A stretch of DNA of 20,000 bases, from contig JBFLGF010000197.1 of NCBI GenBank assembly GCA_050230475.1, positions 47,805 through 67,804 on the forward strand. The letters are read 5' to 3'. A program made the position numbers and the translations under genes. The notes beneath the pieces were generated by a model that did no database searches, was not told where the DNA came from, and was given only the letters and a program-made list of their open reading frames with translations. Positions 1-8,619 of this stretch are shown here, one piece after another. Each line of letters starts with the position of its first letter. The first letter of the stretch is position 1. Source of the stretch: Ancylonema sp. (taxonomy: Eukaryota).

Positions 1-60
1 TCCCTGAGAATTACAGTGGAGGCATACTCTGTTCAATCATGCAGGACAAGGAATATGAAC

Positions 61-118
61 AGCAATATATTAGTTGCCTCCCTACAAGTAGCAATATATC
101 AGTAGCCTCCCTACAAGT
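61..118. repeat. 29-bp tandem duplication (2 copies) downstream of XRCC3
   Basis: AGCAATATATTAGTTGCCTCCCTACAAGT (61-89) is followed by AGCAATATATCAGTAGCCTCCCTACAAGT (90-118), with 2 mismatches. Confidence 0.9.
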
Positions 119-220
119 ATCCTGAGACGATAGCCCTTGGGTGGAAGTAACTTATCACTTGCATCATTCAAAAATGTTGTGTCAAAGATGTGACATTACA
201 GCATGAATATCATTGATTCA

Positions 221-1153
221 CTACGACAGGGACATCTGCCTTTCATTACATGTGAGCTCCTTTTCAGCACTACATTCTGAGGACCCATGCACTCCTCGGA
301 CACCTGAAGCTTCCACAACATAAGTGCACGAGGCGGGAGGTAGATGTGGAGAAAATATGACACTCATTTCTCTGCAGCCACGTTCAAGAATCGCTCGTTC
401 TGCATCCGAAAACTGCTGAAGAAGTTCGTTCGTTCGTATGGAGGTTTTGGAGAGAAAAATCCTCGTGCTGATACAATTACTCCATGCCAGGCCCAAAGAA
501 GCAACTACCTTTCGGCCAGAAGATACTATTTCTGACGTCCCAAGTTCTGATCGGGAGACTTTGCCATTCTCTGCAATGACGTCTGTGGCCTGATTGGTAA
601 CAACAACTGCCACATTATACTTGTCCGCAAGCAGCCTCAGATGCTTGGAGACGCAGAAGAGCATGCTTGCCCGTTCTGTGACAGTAATATCAACCTCGCC
701 CCTGTAGATTGCTGCGATTGAGTCAATGATCACCAGACGTAAAGGACTTGAAGAAGGTAGCATGAGCTGGAGTGGAAGCCTCCACTCGAGGAAGCTCTGA
801 AGCTCCTCGGGTGTGTAAACTTGCGTGATAAAGACATTATCACACGGCCCGCTACCACCAAGTGTCCACTCCGGATATCGTAAAGTTGCAAGCTCGTGTA
901 ATCGATCCAGAGGGAACCGTCCTTCAGTGTATACGTATAGGCAGCTACCTGCCAGACCGCCAGCCGAGAGAGGTAGCTGCGCTTGCAGGGCAAGCTGCAG
1001 ACAAGTCTGCGTTTTTGCAGCTGTACTCTCACCAGCAAGCTCAGTGATGCTGCGACATGGCACCCCACCACCGAGCACTCGGTCGAGGATAGGACAGCCA
1101 AGACTACACTTCTGTGTGATGTCCCGAGATGACAAAATTCTGTGGGTAGGCAT
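221..1153 (-). CDS. XRCC3: DNA repair protein XRCC3 homolog (RAD51 paralog), 310 aa, no intron in the CDS
   Basis: RecA/Rad51 fold. N-terminal KCSLGCPILDRVLGGGVPCRSITEL is typical of XRCC3. Also a Walker A-like GESTAAKT, QLPLSAGGLAGS..Y.YTEGRFP, Walker B LVIIDSIAA, AVVVTNQ, SSGRKVVASLGLAWSNCI.TR and VIFSPHLP, matching plant XRCC3 from memory. Confidence 0.92.
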   Translation of the reverse strand: MPTHRILSSRDITQKCSLGCPILDRVLGGGVPCRSITELAGESTAAKTQTCLQLALQAQLPLSAGGLAGSCLYVYTEGRFPLDRLHELATLRYPEWTLGGSGPCDNVFITQVYTPEELQSFLEWRLPLQLMLPSSSPLRLVIIDSIAAIYRGEVDITVTERASMLFCVSKHLRLLADKYNVAVVVTNQATDVIAENGKVSRSELGTSEIVSSGRKVVASLGLAWSNCISTRIFLSKTSIRTNELLQQFSDAERAILERGCREMSVIFSPHLPPASCTYVVEASGVRGVHGSSECSAEKELTCNERQMSLS

Positions 1154-1358
1154 GCGAAGCGCCTGATGCAGAATGCATCAAGCCAGACGTGTTCAAAACC
1201 TGCAATCGTTTACTGCAGTTATCCGACCTTCAGCGGGAATGATTTTGACCTTCGTTCACGGAGTGATCAGCTAGTAAATTGTCATTTTCCCTTCAGATGT
1301 TTCTGTGCATGCTAGATACTAGATGAAGGGGCATGGACCAAGAGCACGTTAAATTGTT

Positions 1359-1366
1359 TTTGGCGG
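1359..1366 (+). promoter_or_regulatory. Possible E2F-binding site upstream of the XRCC3 CDS
   Basis: TTTGGCGG fits the TTTSSCGS E2F consensus, ~205 bp upstream of the ATG of a DNA-repair gene. The motif is short and could be chance. Confidence 0.3.
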
Positions 1367-1755
1367 GACGATATAAAAATGACCCATCATGCAATCGAAT
1401 TCGACGAGTCAATCGGATACAACGGCGGGCCAATGGCAAAAGGAAGAAACGGAACGGTATGAGAACAGAATTGTGCGCAACAGTTGCGCCGGAACACCAA
1501 CTGGGCTTTGGTCGACATTGTTGTTGCGGACCCTACCCGTCGTGATTTGGTGGAGCGCGCCGCTAGACCATATCTCGTCGCCGCTACAGATGCGGAGCGA
1601 AGGAAGGAAACCCCCTATCGGTATCGCGTACCTGAGACGAAATTTGTGCCCTTCGCTCTTTAGACATGCGGTGCTTCGTCCGATAGATCGGATCGATAGG
1701 TCGGAGCAATCCATGGCCTTGTTACCTCCCCCACCACCGCGCGCTCCACTCTGCG

Positions 1756-1920
1756 GAGTTGCATATTGTTGCTAGTTTTAAGAAGAGAAAGTGCTAGTTT
1801 TAGTTTTGCTAGTACGATCGGCTCACATATTTGTCGTTTTTAAGGATATGTAGTTTCTATACAGGCTCATTCTCATATTGAGATGAGGTTCCCGTCGTTT
1901 TTCAATAATATACAATTTCC
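1756..1920. repeat. Dispersed repeat, copy 1 (copy 2 at 6477-6615, same orientation)
   Basis: Shared blocks: GAGTTGCAT.TTGT.GCTAGTTTT, ACGAT.GGCTCACATATTTGTCGTTTTTA(A)GGATATGTAGTTTCT and TGAGATGAG..TCCCGTCGTTTTTC. Copy 1 has an extra ~28 bp containing CTAGTTTT duplications. Confidence 0.85.
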
Positions 1921-2559
1921 CATAACTGAGCTGGAACCAACAGTATAGAAACAGAGAGAGTGTGCAGAGATCGTGCGCGCGGTGGTGGTATGAGGCAACT
2001 TTTTCGATATAGGCGACGTGGTGCCTTGATTCTGTGGATTGCGCGTTATTCCGACCACAATCGAAGTATCTGCCAGCTCGGGTCTGCACTTCTCCGCATG
2101 AAATGGATTTGGTAATCCGCAAACTCCAATCCACAAAGTCCAAGTTTGCCAATAACCGTGGAGAGCCTACCCGCGCACACTTCTACGTCCACTTGTCGTG
2201 TGTCGACGGTCACATCAGATAACCCCAGTTTCGTTGGCCCGCGCTCCACCTCACTCCCATAAATCGGCCTGAATAAGTACATCGCTACTGGAAATGTCCG
2301 AACTGCAATCGGAAGAACCGAGGATACTGTTCTAGAAGTACATAATATGCGAGGATAAGATAGACAACGAGCAGGCTGTCTCATCGCAGGACTCGCATCA
2401 ACAAGCGCGTCACGCACTCACCAGGGAGCCTCCAGCTAGAGGCGTGCAGCATATGCGCCCTGTATCTTCAGAGATCTGCATGCACACTGGAGACGAATAG
2501 ACTTTGGTTCATCAACAGTCTTGCTGACGGGTAGCAGTGGTGGCAGCAGCCACTACTGA

Positions 2560-5267
2560 ATGGAGGCCATGACGGCGACGGTGGCGTGTAGTGTGGCGAA
2601 GTGCGTGATTCCTGGAGGGGCTGGTCGTCCTCGCTGTTCTGATCGAGCTACTTGTCGCTTACCAGCTGGATCGAATGTGTCTTTCTCAGCTTCATCTTCC
2701 GTTGGAATCCATTGCAGCCGCTCACGAAATCTGGCAGCTGAACGACCCTCTTTGTCTGCATCACAGCACCTACCTTCCAGCGCACAATTCTGCTCTGAGA
2801 AAATTGGGGTAGGAGCTGGGAGATCGAGTGGAAAGCAAAGAAGAGTAAATGCCGTCTTGGAACAGACCAGGCCCGGAGAATCAGAAAATAAGATTGTCTT
2901 CCCTCCGACTCCAATCTGGCTGTCTGATGTGATCGGCCGCCAGCAAAAACCGTATTTTTTGAATCGGGCGTGGACCAAGAAAGATATATCCTATGCCACC
3001 TACATGGTGGCGGTTCACGGTCTCTGCTTGTTAGCACCATTCACATTTTCGTGGGATGCGTTCGGCTGTTTCGGCATCATGTACATTATAACAGGTAAAA
3101 TCGCGGAGCGCCAAAGCTGGGGACCCTGTCAGAAAATTAAAAGTTGAGGAGTCAAATGGGAAAGCTTTGTTTCACTGTCTTGTGCTTTCACGGGCCCCAG
3201 CTGGATCAGTCTCTTCTGTAGCGCAAGCTTGTGAGGCCAATATCAATAAAGGTCAATACATCGGTAGTTATGCTGGTTGCATCTGCATACAGTACTTAAG
3301 ACGGTGTGTGTTCTGTGTATTGAGCGGGACAAAGGTGCAGCAGCTATTTTTACAGTGCACGTGGTGGATAATGGCCAATTTTTGTAGTCATCGGAAGTCG
3401 GATTCCTTTGTGCGTTTAGGGATAGGCTGCATACTTAAAGTGCCTGGGAATTGGAGAGTGACTGACTGGTACATTTCATTGAAGGCGATCCTTTCTGTCG
3501 TAAGCTGCACATGGGTGACAGGTTATGAAAACAGCTGAAATGTATTCTCGGACAGTCTCTCGCTGTTAACAGGAAGCTCACGGGTTTCCCTCCTGTCTTA
3601 CACAGGAATGTTTGGCATCACCCTTTCCTTCCATCGCCAGCTGTCGCACAAGAGCTTCAAGACGCCCAAGTGGCTCGAGTACCTGTTCGCATATTGTGGA
3701 GTGCTCTCTGTGCAGGTGCAGATTACAGCTATCTCTGTATTTAATTGATGATTGGCCCTGTCTGTCTTTATTTTCCTTATTTTACCTGTTTCGTCTGAGC
3801 ATACAAGTGGCCTTCTCTTCTCGATCTTCATCATCCTGACCTTCTGACATGTGGCGTGGTCACGTGGCAGGGTGACCCCTTAGAGTGGGTTTCCGCTCAC
3901 CGGTACCATCATCAACATTGCGACACGCCTCAGGACCCACACACACCTCACGAGGGCTTTTGGCACTCACACATGGGCTGGCTGCTCGATGACAAGGCCA
4001 CCACAGCCAGGGTAGGATATTCTCACAGGGACAGGGAGGCTTTGCAGATTGGTTGATAAGTGGCTGAAACGGGAGAAGTGGAAGAACAGGGGTGTGGGAA
4101 ACTGGGGGGAGTGGTCTTAAGGGTTAGAGAGGAGTTCTCACATGGTGATGTGAAGCACACCATATCCAGACTCTCCCTTGTCTTTCTGAAACTCTGGGAG
4201 AATGTATGGAAGGAATAAGTGTGGTCGATGGTTGAAGGAAACCAACAACCACACTGCCAAATCGATTTGAGGCACTGAGTGGTAAGCGTTTGGCTGCTGA
4301 CAGCTGTACCTCTGCACTTTGCACAGGTTGGAGCCCAAGCAAACGTTGCTGACATGGAAAAGCAGCCGTTTTACACTTGGATCCGAGACACGTACACGTA
4401 CCATGTGGTTGCCATGGCCATCGCTCTGTACGCCCTCGGAGGTCTACCCTTCCTTGTCTGGGGCTTGGTAAGGAGTGCCAAGGGGCAGGAGAGAAGGTTT
4501 CTACAGCACACATGGGCGTCATTTCGGTGTATAACTTTACAACAAAGCCTGTGCTCTACACGCCTGCAACAAGGACGGAATGTCGTGAATAGTACCACAT
4601 ATTTATGATGGAGGGCGTGGAGTGGTTTGTCGTTTGGCAGGCAGTGCGCGTCGTGTGGGTGTATCACATCACGTGGGCGGTGAACTCAGCAGCGCATGTG
4701 TGGGGATTCCAGTCGTGGAAAACGGGTGACCTCTCCAGGAACAATTGGTGAGGACACACACTGCTACTGTCACGTTTTTTTGTGAGGGAGGGAGAGGGAG
4801 AGGGAGAGGGAGTGGGAGTGGGAGAGGGAGAGGGAGTGGGAGCATGGATTGTATATCAGATACCACATCGAACGGTCCAGTATAAACCAGTGGAAGACTT
4901 GGGAGGCTCCTTTTATGGAGAAATATGTCATCTGAATTTGGGAATGTTGTAATCATTAGGCAGACGATGATTTGAGAAATGTTTACCATCAACAGCCTTG
5001 GTGGTTATGGCATACATCATTCTAGACTCCAAACTCATTTTCGAAATGCTTTTTCTGCATGGCAGGTGGGTGGCTCTTCTAGCATTTGGGGAGGGGTGGC
5101 ATAACAACCACCACGCGTTTGAGTACTCTGCTCGCCACGGCCTCGAGTGGTGGCAAGTAGATGTTACGTGGCTTACGGTACGCGCGCTAGAGGTACTAGG
5201 ATTGGCTACGAAGGTGCGGTACCCGACCAAGGAACACATGGCAAAACTCGCCCTGCAGACAGAGTAG
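2560..5267 (+). CDS. FAD5: Plastid acyl-lipid desaturase, ADS/FAD5-like (palmitoyl-MGDG delta-7 / delta-9 family), 6 exons, 411 aa
   Basis: Exons 2560-3094, 3606-3715, 3871-4011, 4327-4467, 4641-4747 and 5066-5267. All introns are GT-AG, phases are consistent, and the total is 1236 nt. His boxes HRQLSH, HRYHH and HNNHH are present. Motifs GITLSFHR, PKWLEYLFAYCG, QGDPLEWVS, HITWAVNSAAHVWG, DLSRNNWWV and GEGWHNNHHAFEYSARHGLEWWQ. The Ser/Ala/Arg-rich N-terminus resembles a chloroplast transit peptide. FAD5 orthology versus another ADS paralog is inferred. Confidence 0.92.
4784..4842 (+). repeat. (GGGAGW)n hexamer repeat in desaturase intron 5
   Basis: About 10 GGGAGA/GGGAGT units read directly. 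G-quadruplex-compatible on the sense strand. Confidence 0.9.
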
Positions 5268-6476
5268 ATATAAAGGAGATGGGGTGGACTATCAGAGACT
5301 GAGTGATTTCTGAGATTTGGAAGTTTTGAACGTGGGTGAGGTTGGAGAAGACATGGAACCTGATTGGGAGGAGTGAAGTAAGAGGTAGAAGTTGGTCATT
5401 GACTGTGAATGCTCTTTTCCACGTGTCAATTTTCGTGCCACCTCCTTGTGTGCACGCATGCATGCTATGCTTTCTATCAAACATTTGCAGATGTGGATGG
5501 ACTTGAAATACTGATTTGACATTTTAGCCAGGGTTGATGTTTGATTCCGTGATTAGATAAGATTGTGGAATAAATGTGAACAATGTCTAAAATTTGATTA
5601 CATACAGAAAGGTAGACGAAAAATGATGCAAAACAACGTTGTGAAAGAAAAAGTGTGTCACGAAATGGTTGTATGGATTTTCACCATTGCCCAACTCGGA
5701 AATGCGAATAGTGGTTTGCATCCTCTTATTCATTCTCGGGAATCTAGGGTGTGGAGTTAGTGATGTTGAATGGTTTTGTAGGTAGTTTTTTTTGATCACG
5801 ACTCGAGCATATCCACATGAGCGACTCTGTACCAAGATGCATAACTTCCATATCTCCTCTCTTCTCTTCTCTTCCTTCTTCATGAGTTGCGAACAATGAG
5901 CTATAATCCACAAAATGTAATATCAAAAAGATGTGTGGTTGATGCTGTCATCGTTTGGAACCTTCTTACTCATACTGGTGATTCATATCAACACTCTTGC
6001 CGCGTGAATGGTGTTTGACTATTTGGGCTAACTACATGAGTACCAATCGTATGATTTCTATTATCAGGATAACTTAACTGAAGTCGAACACACAAACTCT
6101 TGATAACCGAGTACCAGAATCCGTCCTCCTTCAAAAGAAAAAGTACAGTGTATGCAAATACTTATTAAGGTTCAATAACAACAAATGGTAAGCATCACCC
6201 CAAATGAGGTTGGTCTTTGTATGTACTTTTGTGCATATAGATGTACTTATGTACAATTCCATCATCTTTGGGTCTTTTTGTGTGCTGACATTCAAGTTGC
6301 ATGTAACATTGAAACATCATCCACTTTGTCGCTAATGCACTTTGACAAGTCGCATTAGTGCATTTGATGGAAATAATGGATTGAGTTAAATAGAATTGTA
6401 GTGTTCATGCCACATCAAGCCGCATCCTCTCATCTACGGGGACAATTCGATATTGAGGATAGATCTTTTTAGTTTA

Positions 6477-6615
6477 GAGTTGCATTTTGTCGCTAGTTTT
6501 GTATAGCACGATTGGCTCACATATTTGTCGTTTTTAGGATATGTAGTTTCTTTACAAGCACGTTCTTGTAATGAGATGAGAGTCCCGTCGTTTTTCTACA
6601 ATACACAAATCTCCC
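6477..6615. repeat. Dispersed repeat, copy 2 (copy 1 at 1756-1920)
   Basis: Aligns by eye to 1756-1920, including the near-identical core GGCTCACATATTTGTCGTTTTTAGGATATGTAGTTTCT. Confidence 0.85.
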
Positions 6616-6793
6616 TCATTAAGTTTAATACCGACGAAATTGTAGAATGGACTAAATGACCCTATATGCATATTTTGCATACCACTCACTGGCCTCTCTT
6701 GATTGAGTGAGCTCCATAGAACCACACACCGCACTCTGTCACGACACATTGCTTGGGTCGTCTGACTCGGAAGCTTATTACGATGGACACACC

Positions 6794-7437
6794 TAGCATG
6801 GGGCCCAGTCTCCCAGTCTGGACCCAGTCCGGACTGGTGGTGAGAAGGAATGAAGTAGAGAGTGGAGACTAGGGTTTTGGGATGGCAAAGAGGAAGATTA
6901 GGTTAGACTAGGTTGGACCGGGTTTTCGGGTTGGGCACATGTGTTCTTTAACTGGGCACGTGCAAAGATATCGAAAAAAGAAAAACAAGGTAACAAATAA
7001 ATGAATCAATATGTGAAAAGTAACCCCGCGGAAAAAAGGGCTTGTTTATTTTTTTAACGGTTCGAACTGGAGACTGGCCAATCTCATCCAACTCCGGTGA
7101 CTTCCATGGTCTAATGAGGCTGGGTTTTCGGTATGATAGAAAGATTGGGCAAGTTTGTAATAAGGCTGGATATGCGTGTAAGAAGGTTGGGCACGAGTGG
7201 ATTATTACTTGACACAAAACGCGATCAGAACTTTACGGACCGGCAGACTGGCCTCGGACTGGGCCGGACTGGAGGACTTCAGAATGGTTGCATTAGACTG
7301 GCAGACTGGGGCCGCTGACTGGGCTTGGGATAAAAGATTGGACTGCTGGATTGGGGGCCAGTCTAATCCGGACTGGCCGGTCTAATGAAAGGGCGAGCCC
7401 CAGTTCAGGCCTTCAATTAGATTTGGCCCCCATACTG
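6794..7437. mobile_element. Non-autonomous hAT-superfamily element (MITE-like), 644 bp
   Basis: Perfect 8-bp TSD GACACACC at 6786-6793 and 7438-7445. Imperfect TIRs are TAGCATGGGGCCCA (left) and CAGTATGGGGGCCA (right, reverse complement), 11/14 identical. Subterminal CCAGTC/GACTGG motifs cluster near both ends. No transposase ORF. An 8-bp TSD, YAG ends and subterminal repeats are hAT hallmarks. Confidence 0.85.
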
Positions 7438-8619
7438 GACACACCGGTCTGATCATACGCCGACCTTGTTGCGAGTAACATTACTCATTTGCAAGTAAAG
7501 AGGGAAATTTCGGAGTGAAAAGGAAACTAGACATGTTGGGGAAGCGATTGGCACATGAAGAAGAGGCATGTGTGCCATCATGGCAATGCCACGCATATAG
7601 CGATTCTAGGAAGAGCCTTTACGCATAGGTAGTGAGGGGGCTAGGTTACAAATAAGGAGTAGACTTTACACTTGGTGAATAAGTGGAAGTAATGGTGATG
7701 ATCTGCATTGAGCACTTGAGCAAGTGGGTGGAGTAAGTGCCTATATAGCATTGTGCCGAGATTTATCATTGTGACTATGTTAACATAATCGTGGATAGTC
7801 GGCCCCTTAGTAGTCATTTGAATTCTTCATTTCTTGTGTGCAAACACTTTTCACTCCAATGCATGACGTCATACTGCGACAACCAATCGAAGCATATGTG
7901 ACTCGCTACAAGAGAAGCCTCGCACACATGGCGTGCCTAATCGGTCAAATTAGCCAAATGATGTCAGGTTTCGGAACTTTGATTAGGTGGTCGCAAAGTG
8001 GCAAAAGTCCGTCAGTATGGGGGAAACATCCACCTCGCTAACTCTTTGACTGGTTCTAGGCGGACGTGACAGATGTGCTGAGCCAAAGGGTAGTGGGAGG
8101 GTTGTAGGCGCACGAGCTCAACAACCTTAAATCAACGAGCAGGTTTTGGTCGACCTCTTCGTTGTAGAAACTGGGCAGATTGGTGGAAATCGTCTCTCTT
8201 CAGTTCGCCGAATTTGCTCAAAGCACTAGATCTCGTTTCACATTCATGGAGTACTTGTTATGTGTTGTCATCACTTTTCAAGCCCCACATCATCCAGGAT
8301 GGTTGGCATCGACATGCTTTCACTCCCCCGTCTCCACACCAAATGTGTGCACTGGTGGTGGAATGACAGATGCAAATGATACATTGTGTATATCACGGAG
8401 CGCACACAAATCCATTACAATGCGGATGACAATTGATTGTCCTTTCAGTGCTAAAGCATACTCGTTTATGTCCCTTCCAACCCATACATTGCTTCATTCT
8501 AACTTGCACCTGCACATGCATTGCCTCAAAAGTAACGAACATGAAGAACAAAAGGCTAATCTGATCGCCTGCTGTGAAGTCTTGCACCACCACCATCATC
8601 ACTGTCAACACTGTCAGTG

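Noticed and set aside
6794..7437. CRISPR-like or ncRNA reading of the GACTGG repeats
   Set aside because: Spacing is irregular, the units are hexamers and the context is eukaryotic. They are explained as hAT subterminal repeats.
8013..8023. CAGTATGGGGG, identical to 11 bp of the hAT TIR
   Set aside because: No partner TIR, TSD or cluster of subterminal motifs downstream. It is chance or an unprovable remnant.
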